A stretch of 64,000 nt of DNA from Candidatus Uhrbacteria bacterium (GCA_016188355.1 JACPHY010000001.1:111505-175504); one strand, 5' to 3'. Numbered from the stretch's first letter, positions 29,984-40,379 are shown. Numbers and translations are program-made. The notes: generated from the letters alone by a model not told the origin.

Positions 29984-31288
29984 ATGGCGAACAAAAAACA
30001 TGCAGCAGGGAAGCGGGGGCAGGTGCATCGGGCGCGGCCACCCGTTCGGGCGGCGGCACCGAAGAAATCTCCGCAAAAGCACAAGAAGGTGAAGGTGGCC
30101 GCAAAGCCGAAGACGGTGATGCGTGCGTCGCCCCCGCGGCCCGTACCGCAGCGAGCGGGTCATGCCGGGCAGCTGAGCACCGCCCCACGGGTGCCGGTGG
30201 AGCCGCCGATCGCGGCGCGAGAACTCCTGTACCAAAAAGGACAGGTACGGGGTTTCGTGACCGAAATGGAGATCCTCTACGCCTTTGCGGAATTTGAGGA
30301 GTATTTAGAATTTTTGGAAGACGTCCTCGACACGCTCCAGGATCGCGGAGTGCAAATCGTGGAGACGGGCGGGGAGATGCTGGGGAAGCGCGAGGAGCAT
30401 CAGGTGCTCCTCGGAAAACCAAAGGATGCGAAATCACGCGAGAAATCCTACGAAATCCCGGAACTTACCGCGGATTCGATTCAGATGTATCTCCGCGAGA
30501 TTGGTCGCGTCCCGCTCCTCACGCCGAAGGAGGAAATTCTCCTTGCGAAACGGAAGGATCGACAGGACCGGGAAGCCGTGAAGAAGCTCATCGAGGCGAA
30601 CCTCCGTCTCGTGGTTTCCATTGCGAAGAAATTCGTCGGGAAGCAGCTCTCGCTCCTCGACCTCATTCAGGAGGGGAACATCGGTCTCTTCCGCGCCGTG
30701 GAAAAGTTCGATTACAAGAAGGGATACAAATTCTCCACGTACGCGACCTGGTGGATTCGCCAGGCGATCACCCGAGCGCTCGCCGATCAGTCTCGCACCA
30801 TCCGTATTCCGGTGCACATGGTGGAGACGATCAATAAGTTTCAGCAGATCGAGCGTCGCCTGATCCAAGACCTTGGTCGTGAACCACTCCCCGAAGAAAT
30901 CGCCGCGGAAATGGGAGAGCAGGTCGACAAGATCAATCACATCATCAAGATTTCGCAGGACACGGTGTCCCTCGAAACCTCGGTCGGTGAGAGCGATGAA
31001 GATTCCACGCTCCAGGATTTCATCGAGGACGTCCGTTCCGTCACCCCAGATCGCGCCGCGGCGCTCCAGTTGCTCCGCGATTACGTGAAGGACATCATCA
31101 AGGACCTCTCACCCCGCGAGCAGAAAATTCTCGACATGCGGTTCGGCCTCACGGACGGCGTCCCGCACACGCTCGAGGAAGTGGGTCGCGAGTTCGATGT
31201 CACCCGTGAGCGTATCCGCCAGATCGAGGCCAAAGCCCTCGAGCGCATCCAGGGATCCCATGCGGTCGAGAAGCTGCGGGATTACTAG
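29984..31288 (+). CDS. rpoD: Primary RNA polymerase sigma factor sigma-70
   Basis: Lys-rich basic N-terminus, region 2 ([37 protein letters not shown]), region 3 and region 4 ([23 protein letters not shown]). Forms a dnaG-rpoD pair. Confidence 0.92.
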   Translation: MANKKHAAGKRGQVHRARPPVRAAAPKKSPQKHKKVKVAAKPKTVMRASPPRPVPQRAGHAGQLSTAPRVPVEPPIAARELLYQKGQVRGFVTEMEILYAFAEFEEYLEFLEDVLDTLQDRGVQIVETGGEMLGKREEHQVLLGKPKDAKSREKSYEIPELTADSIQMYLREIGRVPLLTPKEEILLAKRKDRQDREAVKKLIEANLRLVVSIAKKFVGKQLSLLDLIQEGNIGLFRAVEKFDYKKGYKFSTYATWWIRQAITRALADQSRTIRIPVHMVETINKFQQIERRLIQDLGREPLPEEIAAEMGEQVDKINHIIKISQDTVSLETSVGESDEDSTLQDFIEDVRSVTPDRAAALQLLRDYVKDIIKDLSPREQKILDMRFGLTDGVPHTLEEVGREFDVTRERIRQIEAKALERIQGSHAVEKLRDY

Positions 31289-31500
31289 CTCCTGATCGTC
31301 GCATTGCTGTAGTTCCGGGAATGTGCTCCGTTAGGTATTCGGGGTTGCATATCTCGTCCTCTGATGGTTCCCGGAACTTGCACAGCATGGTTTCCTATGT
31401 GCACACTGTCATCGTGAGCGAGCAGCGGCTGTCGCCCACTTGGAGTGTAGCCAATGATGAGCGCTGCTCGCCAGCAATACAAGCAAATGGAAGGCAATGA

Positions 31501-31576
31501 TCCGGGGTAGCTCAACGGTAGAGCATCTCGCTGTTAACGAGATGGTTCTGGGTTCGAATCCCAGCCCCGGAGCCAT
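31501..31576 (+). tRNA. tRNA-Asn (anticodon GTT), CCA encoded
   Basis: Acceptor TCCGGGG/CCCCGGA, D-arm GCTC-AACGGTA-GAGC, anticodon loop CTGTTAA, T-loop GGTTCGAATCC, discriminator G + CCA. Confidence 0.85.
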
Positions 31577-31682
31577 GAGTGGCAGTGTCTGACAACCCAG
31601 ATGCTGCCAGTCAAAAGACCGCCACGCGAGTGGTGGTCTTTTGACTTTCCAATGATCCCTTTTCCGTTTGGATGGGACATTG

Positions 31683-32222
31683 TCATTGCCCGTCCAGTTC
31701 GTTCATCAGCGATTCATTATTACTGCCAAATCCCATCTCCCAGAGATCGTGACCCCTTCTCCACACTTTCCAGCCGCCGAGCCATTTTGTATTCCATACC
31801 TGATCGGCAGTAAGTTGCCCTACAAAGGGGACTCCATCGGGCATCGAAGGGTCGAGCCGATACCATACATCGCCCAGCCGCACTTCGACGATGGTATGTG
31901 TTTTCGCGTGATCCAGTGAGCGTAGCTTGACCAGGTATCCATCGATTCCCATCGATTTGCAAAGAGCGAGATAAACGAGTGCCAAGTCCGAGCAGGACCT
32001 ACCCGCGTAGACGTAGCCGTCTCCGATGATTTCTGAAGCCGTTCTCTTCCACTGGACGCTGTCGGCGTGCGCTTTCGTCTCGCCATTGTACGGGCGGAAT
32101 TCGAGCTTTCCTCGGATTTTTTTCCTCAGCAATACGAGATCATCTGCGGTTTCGATGCGCATGCCGTGCAGGAAATTAGTAATCCGTTGGTCTACTTCTG
32201 TTTGGGATTTCTTCTCCTCCAT
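31683..32222 (-). CDS. Transglutaminase-like cysteine peptidase superfamily protein
   Basis: GYVYAGRSCSDLALVYLALCKSMGIDGYLV...HT.VEV... consistent with a Cys-His-Asp transglutaminase-like core. Lower GC than its surroundings. Confidence 0.5.
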   Translation of the reverse strand: MEEKKSQTEVDQRITNFLHGMRIETADDLVLLRKKIRGKLEFRPYNGETKAHADSVQWKRTASEIIGDGYVYAGRSCSDLALVYLALCKSMGIDGYLVKLRSLDHAKTHTIVEVRLGDVWYRLDPSMPDGVPFVGQLTADQVWNTKWLGGWKVWRRGHDLWEMGFGSNNESLMNELDGQ

Positions 32223-32409
32223 ATTAAATCCATTTTACATCGCAGCTCGAGCATTCACGAAACACGAAACGAATAACGAATGGTCGAATGGTGGGGTCGG
32301 CCACACTTTCATCTACCTGCGGTCAAAGAAAAACGAGCATTCCCCGCGGGGGAGTGCTCGTTTCGTGGTCGAAGGTGCGATGGGATTCCGAGGTCTATTG
32401 ACTTACGCG

Positions 32410-34839
32410 TTAGTGTGGTGCGGCCGGTGCGACGCGGTTCGGTCCTGTGAGGTCCGCCGTGAGTGCTCGCGCCTGCTCCGCGAGGAACGTGAGTGCTGCA
32501 TCGCCGAGCACCGTTGCTTCCGTCGAGCGCCACGCCTGCGCCGTTCTATGGGGATCGGTGATGATACCTGCCTCCACGAGGGGATTGAGGACGTGCTCCG
32601 TGAGGGCATCCATGGGGTCGTGGATGTTCCAGCAGAAGATGAAGCATCGTTCCTCTATGGGAGGAAGTCCGTGGTCGGTGCCGGGGCGTTCCCACACACC
32701 ATCCTTGGTCGCCTCGACGAGGTGGGCGCGGTTACCGCGGATGCGGATGAGGAGTTGCGTCGCATGCGCCAGGACCTCCATGCCGAGTTCCGGGCGTTTT
32801 CTCGTCCAGGCGCGAATTCCGGAGCGGAGCGCGATGAACTGCCAGCGAATGTTGCCAGGATCTGTTGCCGCAACCGCTGCGACCTCGCGGTAGTTTCGGA
32901 GGTTCACGTCGAAGGCATCCTCGTCCTCGCGCCGCTCGGAACGCTCGCGGAGTCGGTGTTCCTCCCATGCCATGATGACGCGGGGATCCTTCGCGTGGAG
33001 TTGTGTCGCCTTCTGGAGGCAGATACGTGCGAGGGAGGTCGCTTGTGCTTCGCGCCCCGCCAATCCATCCATAGAGTACATAGAGTAGGACTCGCTTGCG
33101 TGCGCGCCGAAGTACGTACTGAGCGCGAGCAGTGTGGTGAGATCCGGCATGGCATGGGCCGCCTGCACACGGCGGTAGAGTGCGAGTGCGCGGTCGGCGG
33201 TGAGCTGCTCCCCGTCGGCGAGGGACTCGTGGTTCGCGATACGCTGACGAATGTGATCCGAGAGGAAGGGAACCTGGGCGGCGATGTGGTCGCTTGGTCG
33301 AAGGCCCTTCCGTTCGATTTCCGCAACGAAGCGCATGCCCGTTGCATCGAAGAAGTCCCAGTTGCGGAGATCGGTGGTGAGGAGTTGGTCGATCATGTGA
33401 TCGTTCTCATCATGATCTTTGATTCCGTACGTGCGGAGCGCGCCGTGGAGGACGGTGCGGAGATCCGTGGTCTTGAGGTGGCCGGTGTGCCACGAGAGGA
33501 GGTCGCGCTCACCTCCGGCGCTCGCGAGGAGCGTGACCACCTCGACGATGGGCGGATATCCGAGCAGGCCGGCATCGTCGGACGTGCGCTGATGCCGCTC
33601 TTCGTTGTGATGGGCGGCGAGAATGGTGCGCGCGCGTTGCGTCGCGAATTCCGTGATGCCCTCGAGAAGGAGCTCGCGGAGTGCCGTCCGGGTGACGATG
33701 GTCTCGTGGTGCGAGTCGCCGAACGTGGGCCATGCCGGTCGCTCGATGCGTTCGATGGCCGCGCGATCCGCCTGCAGCATCGCGTGGTCGATTTCGTGTG
33801 CGATGGTTTCCGCGAAATCGCCGTACGCGAGCGTATCGTCGATGTCGATACGGACGATCGGTCGGCCGGTAACGGTGATCGTTCCCGCGGCCGTGTCGAT
33901 TGCCGCTTCGCGTTCCGTTTCCCCGAGGCGGTTCGCGTCGCCTCCGCGTTCGAGTTTGTAGGCCATGACGAATTGGGGGACTCGCGCGCGGAGGAGTCGC
34001 TCGGCGACGCCCGGGGTCTCGGTGCCGTAGTATGCGGCGATCGTTGCCACAAGGTAGTCGTCGAGTCGCTCTTGGAAGCGCCGTGCGTTCGCGAGGTACG
34101 CATCGCGTCGTTCGTGGAAGTCGCGATCCGGGAACCGTACGGTGCGGGGTGCGAGGATGGAGAAGTGGTCGGTGCCGTCCTCGCGGCTGAACGTCGTGAG
34201 CCGCGTCGCGGACGTCGCTTTTGCGATGACCGCGTCGAGTTCGGTCCGCGTTCCAGCGAGGTACGTGGGGTACCACGCGCGGAGTTTGGAGTCCTCGGCG
34301 ATCTGCGCACGTGTGCGGTCGAGGATTGCTGTGGCCTGGGCTCGATCGACGACGACGCGCGTTCGCGTGCTCTGGACGTGGAGGCGCACCGTGGGGTTCG
34401 CCGTGAGCCAGGCGTTGAAACTCTGTCGTGTGGCGGTGAGTACCCGTGTCTCCGCGGGTTTCCCCTGATGCTTCCGCAGCGTCGTCGTGAGGGCGGCGAG
34501 GTACGCATCGTTCGCCTGCTTCGCCGCGATCTCGAGGAGGTCGAGGACGTCGACTGTCGTTGATGCTTCGGGAATCTGATCCGGAACCGGGCAATGGGCG
34601 ATCGCCTCCGTGAGGAGGCCCACGATCATTGTGTGCGTCTCGGTCTCGCCGGGCTTTCCGTCGCACGTCGCGAGCAGCGCTGCCTCATCTCCGAACTGGA
34701 TGCCCGCCTCGCAGTGTTCGGCGCGCTCGAGGAGTCGTTGGACGTCCGTATGGGAGGGGGTGGTGGTTGCGGTCGATGCTGCGTTCACTGCAGCCGGGAC
34801 GAGCGTGAGCGTCGCTCCAACGAGGAATGCGATGTGCAT
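32410..34839 (-). CDS. Large secreted protein (about 810 aa) with an HExxH zinc-metallopeptidase-like motif
   Basis: Signal peptide MHIAFLVGATLTLVPAAVNAAS, and IAHEIDHAM (HExxH) about 330 aa from the N-terminus. No other recognisable domains. The ORF continues to 34905 with an alternative start. Confidence 0.6.
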   Translation of the reverse strand: MHIAFLVGATLTLVPAAVNAASTATTTPSHTDVQRLLERAEHCEAGIQFGDEAALLATCDGKPGETETHTMIVGLLTEAIAHCPVPDQIPEASTTVDVLDLLEIAAKQANDAYLAALTTTLRKHQGKPAETRVLTATRQSFNAWLTANPTVRLHVQSTRTRVVVDRAQATAILDRTRAQIAEDSKLRAWYPTYLAGTRTELDAVIAKATSATRLTTFSREDGTDHFSILAPRTVRFPDRDFHERRDAYLANARRFQERLDDYLVATIAAYYGTETPGVAERLLRARVPQFVMAYKLERGGDANRLGETEREAAIDTAAGTITVTGRPIVRIDIDDTLAYGDFAETIAHEIDHAMLQADRAAIERIERPAWPTFGDSHHETIVTRTALRELLLEGITEFATQRARTILAAHHNEERHQRTSDDAGLLGYPPIVEVVTLLASAGGERDLLSWHTGHLKTTDLRTVLHGALRTYGIKDHDENDHMIDQLLTTDLRNWDFFDATGMRFVAEIERKGLRPSDHIAAQVPFLSDHIRQRIANHESLADGEQLTADRALALYRRVQAAHAMPDLTTLLALSTYFGAHASESYSMYSMDGLAGREAQATSLARICLQKATQLHAKDPRVIMAWEEHRLRERSERREDEDAFDVNLRNYREVAAVAATDPGNIRWQFIALRSGIRAWTRKRPELGMEVLAHATQLLIRIRGNRAHLVEATKDGVWERPGTDHGLPPIEERCFIFCWNIHDPMDALTEHVLNPLVEAGIITDPHRTAQAWRSTEATVLGDAALTFLAEQARALTADLTGPNRVAPAAPH

Positions 34840-35050
34840 GATTCGGCGACCTCCGTGATGGCGCCAGGGAATGGTGTACGTTGTGAAGGTCCGGTGTCTG
34901 ATCAATGCTATCGGGAGTGTAGAGGAAATTTCTCATAATGTCAATCATCACGGAGGGAATCCGGAAGTAATGGGTCAAGTCTAATTTTCATTTGCTGACC
35001 CTGCTGCGAAACTCCTTCGGGATTGGCATTCGCTGTGGGTAGTTCGAAAT

Positions 35051-35581
35051 ATGCTATACGAGGAAATCCAAAAACTCATCGATCCGTCCATTTGCGACAG
35101 TGAACAGACGCGAGTGCATTTTCTCAACAGGTTAGAAGAAGGAAATTTTACCAGAGACGAAAATCCGCAAACGCATTATTGCGCCTATTTTCTTCCCTAT
35201 CATCAGGCAAAGAAAAAAGTTTTTATCGTCCATCATAAAAAATCCGGCCTATGGATTTCTCCGGGTGGCCATATTGATAAAGGCGAGGGACTTCTCGAGA
35301 CCCTCAACAGAGAAATTGATGAGGAACTCGGAGTGCAAAATTTTTTTCGGGAGGCGCAATCTCCTTTTTTGCTCACCATCACCCCGATTGAAAATGCGGT
35401 TCAGCCCTGCAAAATGCACTACGATATTTGGTACGTCGCGCTTACGGATGGCGCCAATTTTGCCGTTGATCCAAAAGAATTTCATGAAACGAGGTGGCTG
35501 ACCATCAATGAGGCAGAGCAGATAGTGACGGATCCACCGAACAGAAAAGCGTTAGCAGTAATAAGGAAAAAGTACGAATAA
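35051..35581 (+). CDS. NUDIX hydrolase, in a conspicuously low-GC gene
   Basis: Nudix box GGHIDKGEGLLETLNREIDEELGV. The gene and its flanks are AT-rich relative to the window. Confidence 0.7.
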   Translation: MLYEEIQKLIDPSICDSEQTRVHFLNRLEEGNFTRDENPQTHYCAYFLPYHQAKKKVFIVHHKKSGLWISPGGHIDKGEGLLETLNREIDEELGVQNFFREAQSPFLLTITPIENAVQPCKMHYDIWYVALTDGANFAVDPKEFHETRWLTINEAEQIVTDPPNRKALAVIRKKYE

Positions 35582-35675
35582 AAAACTGAAGCCGTGAACC
35601 AAATCCATTCGATGGCATGAAACGCCCGCCCAGGAAATCCTGGGCGGGCGATGGGTGACGATCGATGCGTGATGA

Positions 35676-37139
35676 CTACGGCGTCTTCACGTCCGTCTGC
35701 AGTGCTGCGGGCGGAAGCTCCCATTCTCCGCGGATCCAGTCGAAGAGATGGCCAGCGTCGAAGGCGGCGAGGAGCTGATTCGCGTGCTCGAGGAGATCAT
35801 TGCCCAGCTGTACGTTGTGGTACCAGAGCCGTTGCGTGCTCGGCACGCACCACGGAGGCATCCCATTTCCCGAATTGAAGTTGCGCAGCAGCTCCTTGTT
35901 GGTGCGCAGGAATTCGATCGTATCCCCGAGGAGCTCCGGGAAGAGCGGGAAAACGCCACTGTCCGAGAACCGACCGAGCACGAAGAAGTGCTTGCAGGAC
36001 CCCTGGAATCCGAGGACGTACGGGTCCACCGAACGAATCCAACGGATCGTCCTCCAGTCGCGGCCTGCCTCGGCGAGGTACGGCGTTGCGATGACCAGAT
36101 GGTCGAACTGCGGAAGCGCTTCCTGGATCAGGCGGAGGAGGTGGATGGGGATCATGTCGCCGCTGTACGCCTGGATGGGGCGATACCGACGATTGAACAT
36201 CTGGAACGTGTGCGCCCACCGATCATTTTCCGGGAAGAGGTTGCAGAAGAATTGCGTCGCATTGCTGACACTCCCCGGATCCGAGGAATCCATGGCACCG
36301 ATCGCGCGTTCCGCGTCCCTCGGATTCTTCATCGCGTGATACCACACGGGGCATGCCATGAAGAGATCCGGAAGGTAGCGGATCGGGATGAACGTGTTCG
36401 GCCGGACGAGCTGCTTGGTCCAGAGGTAGCCGAGTACGTTTCGGACTCCCGTGAACCTTCGGATTTCCTCCTCCGTTCGCTGCGCTTGCAGCCCCATGCC
36501 CATACCACGGAGATCCTCGACGACCGCTTTCGCTTTCGCGGTGAACGCCTCCTCGTCGACGCCCGCGATACCGTATCCAAGATCGAGGCCGGCGAGTTGA
36601 GGGAATTCCTCCCGAAGGTACTGCTCCAGGGCAGCGAGGACTTTGGGATCGTCCACGGAGAGGATGCTCGACTCGTCGCGCGGCTGCTGCGGGAGCGGAT
36701 CGTTTTCCGTCACCTGCGCCACCGTTTCGTGTGGCACGTCCTTCATGCGGGATCGCCAGGGATGTCCGGTGATCGGCGGCGCGATCGCGCACTCTCCTTG
36801 GTTCGTGCGCATGAGGCTGTGCATGTGGCTGAGGAGCGGGTCTCCGGCGGGCAGTGCTTCGGGTTCCACGAGTTCCATGGCACCATTCGCACGCCAGCAG
36901 TTGCTGCGCTTCCGATCCTCGATCACCGAGAAGGACACGACGGTCCCGACCGTCAATGGAACCGCGCAGTCATCCGAGTGCAGGAAGACATCCTCTTTGC
37001 CGAGGTCCGTGACGGGTGCGCCTTCCTCCGTGAGGATGGACGCGCGGGAAATCCACGCGAATGCTCCACCATCGTTGCGATGGACCGATCCGATGCGTCC
37101 GGTGTACCGTTTCATGCCGTTGGCTGCCATGGGCAGCAC
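35676..37139 (-). CDS. Cold-shock-domain (OB-fold) N-terminal fusion protein with an about 400-aa uncharacterised C-terminal domain
   Basis: N-terminus YTGRIGSVHRNDGGAFAWISRA...KEDVFLHSDDC...GTVVSFSVIEDRKRSNCWRANGA matches the CspA-like RNP1/RNP2 pattern. The rest has no known motif. Confidence 0.55.
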   Translation of the reverse strand: MLPMAANGMKRYTGRIGSVHRNDGGAFAWISRASILTEEGAPVTDLGKEDVFLHSDDCAVPLTVGTVVSFSVIEDRKRSNCWRANGAMELVEPEALPAGDPLLSHMHSLMRTNQGECAIAPPITGHPWRSRMKDVPHETVAQVTENDPLPQQPRDESSILSVDDPKVLAALEQYLREEFPQLAGLDLGYGIAGVDEEAFTAKAKAVVEDLRGMGMGLQAQRTEEEIRRFTGVRNVLGYLWTKQLVRPNTFIPIRYLPDLFMACPVWYHAMKNPRDAERAIGAMDSSDPGSVSNATQFFCNLFPENDRWAHTFQMFNRRYRPIQAYSGDMIPIHLLRLIQEALPQFDHLVIATPYLAEAGRDWRTIRWIRSVDPYVLGFQGSCKHFFVLGRFSDSGVFPLFPELLGDTIEFLRTNKELLRNFNSGNGMPPWCVPSTQRLWYHNVQLGNDLLEHANQLLAAFDAGHLFDWIRGEWELPPAALQTDVKTP

Positions 37140-37388
37140 CTCCAGTCAGTCAGCCGCGTCAGTCAGGTTGCGGCTCTTTGGAAAAGAACGCGGTCATCTT
37201 TCCGCAGAGCCTCCGCGCATCGATCGTGTCGACATGCGGAGGACTGCGGAAATAGGGGAATGGGGTACTCTAGCATCTCCGGTGCCCTTGTCAAACCCTA
37301 GACGACGCAATGCGATTCCCGTATCGTGTGCATGATCGTGGGTGGGGGGGCTTGCACCTTTGATGTGCGTCGAGAAAGGAGTACTGCG

Positions 37389-37634
37389 ATGACCTGGTGG
37401 CGGATGCAACCGTTTCGGCTTATCGGCACGGGTTCGTGGCTTGGCGGCGTTTGTACGGGATTCGCCTACGCGCTGGGCGTGCCGGTGTGGTCGGTTCGCC
37501 TCATCTGGGGAGCGTCATTGCTCTTTCTGGGGGTCGGAATGATTCCCTACGTTGCGCTCTGGATCCTCGCCCCGGATTGGGAGGTCGATCCGCCCGATTT
37601 TTACGAGCGAACGGGCGGGGTATCCACCGAGTAG
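37389..37634 (+). CDS. PspC-domain membrane protein
   Basis: RLIGTGSWLGGVCTGFAYALGVPVWSVRLIWGASLLFLGVGMIPYVALWI is the canonical PspC domain. Confidence 0.7.
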   Translation: MTWWRMQPFRLIGTGSWLGGVCTGFAYALGVPVWSVRLIWGASLLFLGVGMIPYVALWILAPDWEVDPPDFYERTGGVSTE

Positions 37635-37684
37635 ATCGTGCGTCCGTGGTATTCTAGAGAGGCAAGCGATTTACTCGTGGTCGT

Positions 37685-38137
37685 ATGTCCCATCGATTCT
37701 GGCGGCGACTTTGTATCGGTGCGTGTGTCGCACTGGTGTTGGGGTTTGTGGTGTGGGTTGGTGTGCGTGAGGAGCAGTCGCCACAGCGCCGGTTCGATGT
37801 GACCGTAGCGATCATTGCGTCGCCCGCGCAGATCATCGCGGAATCGCCCGTGTCGTGGACATGGGATGTACGCGCGCCGGTCGGGGCGATGGCATCGCGC
37901 AGTGGTATTCGTTGGGGAGCGATTGCACATCCAGGGGAGTGGACAGCGGAGGTGACCCCAGAGCGTTCCGGGTACCCCAAAGTGCTGGTGGAGGAATCGG
38001 CGGCCCCCGTGGCGTTGCCGATGCGGTGGACCAAGGTCGGGACGTTGCCCCTCCCCGGAACCTACTCTCTCCGGGCGTACGCGGTCGTTGATGGTGTCCC
38101 GTATTGGTCGCCGGAGTACGGGGTCACCGTGGAGTGA
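37685..38137 (+). CDS. Hypothetical secreted protein
   Basis: N-terminal TM/signal segment (LCIGACVALVLGFVVWVGV), 150 aa, no motif. Confidence 0.4.
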   Translation: MSHRFWRRLCIGACVALVLGFVVWVGVREEQSPQRRFDVTVAIIASPAQIIAESPVSWTWDVRAPVGAMASRSGIRWGAIAHPGEWTAEVTPERSGYPKVLVEESAAPVALPMRWTKVGTLPLPGTYSLRAYAVVDGVPYWSPEYGVTVE

Positions 38138-38242
38138 ATGCGGTGCGCGCATGGGAATGCCCGTGCGCGTTTTGTTGTCGCGTGTTGACAGTGCAGCGTC
38201 GATACGATACGGTGCCCTCTGTTCTTTCCGGGAGGTGGGCGC

Positions 38243-38848
38243 ATGTCCAAGATGAGCGGTCAGCAGCAGGAAGTGATCATTGCCATCGCGATTGCCTCGT
38301 TTGTGCTTCTGGGAGCGGCCGCATTTTCTGCGGAGGAGTCGGTGCCCGCGACGGGAGACTGCGCGTCCGGAGATCGTTCGGTGGCTGCGAACCATGCACG
38401 GTGTCGTGCGCATTCGGAACGAGCACGCGCGGCACCGAAATCCGAGTCGTCCACGCGCCGATCGCCTCTGCGGGCGACGAGCAAGCTCCTCTTGCCGTGT
38501 GCGCGCCCGATCGGCATCACCGGTTTTTTCCGGGGACGTGGCGGGAAACATGACGGCATCGATATTAATGCGGCTGCCGGTACGCCGGTACTCGCTTCCG
38601 AGGCGGGCATGGTACGATCGGCCGAATGGAACGGCGGGTACGGAAAAGATGTGGTCATCGATCACCCGAATGGCCTCCGGACTCGGTACGCCCATAACTC
38701 GGTCCTCCTCGTGACGCGCGGACAGCGGGTACGTCGTGGTCAGCGGATCGCGCTCGTGGGTGCAACCGGCCACGCAACCGGTCCACACATCCACTACGAG
38801 GTTTTTCTGCACGGCACGCGGGTCAATCCGTTCCTGTACCTCCAGTGA
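38243..38848 (+). CDS. M23-family (LytM-like) peptidoglycan endopeptidase
   Basis: HDGIDINAAAGTPVLASEAGMV...GYGKDVVIDHPNGLRTRYAHNS...GQRIALVGATGHATGPHIHYEV (HxxxD and HxH zinc motifs). N-terminal TM. Confidence 0.8.
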   Translation: MSKMSGQQQEVIIAIAIASFVLLGAAAFSAEESVPATGDCASGDRSVAANHARCRAHSERARAAPKSESSTRRSPLRATSKLLLPCARPIGITGFFRGRGGKHDGIDINAAAGTPVLASEAGMVRSAEWNGGYGKDVVIDHPNGLRTRYAHNSVLLVTRGQRVRRGQRIALVGATGHATGPHIHYEVFLHGTRVNPFLYLQ

Positions 38849-38983
38849 GTGGGGTGTGGGTGCGACGGTGGAACGCCTCGAGGTGATCGAGGCGTTCTTT
38901 TTTTTGTGTATCCATTGACAGCGCATGGGAGGCGCGGTACGGTCGCATTCCGTTCGTTCGTTCACAAGAAGGGAGTGGCCCAC

Positions 38984-39184
38984 ATGGAGCAGACGATCGG
39001 TCGCTGGGATCTGATCATCGGCGTATCCTTCATGATTTTCCTGGGCATTCTCGCATTAGCGATGGTATGGGGGGGATACCGATACCCCGTATGCCCGCAG
39101 TGCGGCACGAACACGCACGTACGACGCAACGGCGGACGACCCACCTGTACCATTCATGGCGACGTGCCCCGACCGCGGTCGTAG
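38984..39184 (+). CDS. Small membrane protein with a C-terminal CPQC...C...H zinc-ribbon-like motif
   Basis: 66 aa, one TM helix then YPVCPQCGTNTHVRRNGGRPTCTIHG. The weak ORF call is taken from the internal Met of ORF 38849..39184. Confidence 0.3.
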   Translation: MEQTIGRWDLIIGVSFMIFLGILALAMVWGGYRYPVCPQCGTNTHVRRNGGRPTCTIHGDVPRPRS

Positions 39185-39200
39185 GGCAGGGAGGGCAAGC

Positions 39201-40379
39201 ATGCCGAAATATCCAAGCAGCACGGGAGCGGTGCTCTGCGTGCTGGTGGCGACGGGGATGGTGATTGGCGAGTGGCCTGCGGAGGCGCGTCCGACCATGT
39301 CGCTTCTGGAGCGCATGCGTACGGCACGGTCCGCGGTGGCGACGGCGACGGTGCAACCCAAATGGTGCACGGCGCGCGTACGAGTCGGAAAACGATGGCG
39401 GATGCGCGGATCCAACTGCAGTATCGCGGCGGCTGCCGTAGGCATCCCGCAGCAAGGAACGTGGATGATCGTCGCATTCCCCTGGGGAATGGATACGTTC
39501 CATGTGGATCGATTTCGGTTCGTTCGTCTCGGCCAGCGCAAGGGGATCAATACCGAATACCTCGTGCTCCGACGCACCACGAATGACACGTACGTGTCCA
39601 TGGGTGATGCGGTGCTGGCATGGAAGGTGCCCGTGCGGCAACAGAACGGCACTTGGATCAACGTCGTGTATACCCCGTATGCATCCGCGCTCCATCGTCC
39701 GGCGATGGTGGCGGAGGGCAGGCGCCTCTTGGGAAGCGTGATCCATGACGCGCGTTCCCAGCTCGATCGACGCAAGGTGTATTCTGTCGCCGGCGATGGT
39801 CGATGGGTGACCTCGGTCGTTCCTGCGGCAACCACGGAGACGATTGCTATCGTCGAGAAAATGGACCACTACGAATTCTCCTTGTGCCAGCAGCGTGCAC
39901 GAGCGGAAGAACGCGCGCGTTGCCTTCGGCGACTCATGGAAGTCCCCTACGTGGTGCTTGCGGCGAATGGTCCCGATGCGTACCGATATGCGTTGAGCCG
40001 TTCTCGTGCACGGGGGTTCATGCAATTCATGCCTGGGACGTGGGCGATGGTGCAGCGCGCGTATCCCGAGGCGCGTCTCCCGCCGTTCATGGAGGGCGCG
40101 TCCGATCAGACGACGGCCGCCATGGCGGCCATACTCCTCAACGATTACAACACGCAGTATCTCCAGGATGCGCACCGGCGGACACTCGGTCCTACGCCGG
40201 AATCGTTCACCCTGTACGCGGCAGCCGCATACAACGGCAACCCAAAATGGGCGATCCAGGCGATTGGTCGGTGTGGCGCGCATTGGATGGACCGGCGACG
40301 CTGCGGTATCCTCCGTTCAGAAACCGCGGTGTACATGGAAAAGGTACGCGTCGTCTGGCCGAAGATTTCGACGATCTAA
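39201..40379 (+). CDS. Secreted protein with a C-terminal lytic transglycosylase (SLT)-like domain
   Basis: Signal-like N-terminus, and the C-terminal GFMQFMPGTWAMVQRAYP...AAMAAILLNDY pattern resembling SLT-domain motifs. Confidence 0.5.
   Translation: MPKYPSSTGAVLCVLVATGMVIGEWPAEARPTMSLLERMRTARSAVATATVQPKWCTARVRVGKRWRMRGSNCSIAAAAVGIPQQGTWMIVAFPWGMDTFHVDRFRFVRLGQRKGINTEYLVLRRTTNDTYVSMGDAVLAWKVPVRQQNGTWINVVYTPYASALHRPAMVAEGRRLLGSVIHDARSQLDRRKVYSVAGDGRWVTSVVPAATTETIAIVEKMDHYEFSLCQQRARAEERARCLRRLMEVPYVVLAANGPDAYRYALSRSRARGFMQFMPGTWAMVQRAYPEARLPPFMEGASDQTTAAMAAILLNDYNTQYLQDAHRRTLGPTPESFTLYAAAAYNGNPKWAIQAIGRCGAHWMDRRRCGILRSETAVYMEKVRVVWPKISTI

Noticed and set aside
32026-34563. 845-aa ORF on the + strand
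   Set aside because: It is entirely antisense to the 800-aa signal-peptide/HExxH gene on the - strand. Its product is Arg/Gly/Val-rich low-complexity typical of shadow ORFs in high-GC DNA, with no motif.
35748-37301. 517-aa ORF on the + strand
   Set aside because: It is antisense to the cold-shock-domain fusion gene. Its composition is dominated by Arg/Glu/Leu from GC-rich codons in reverse, with no recognisable motif.
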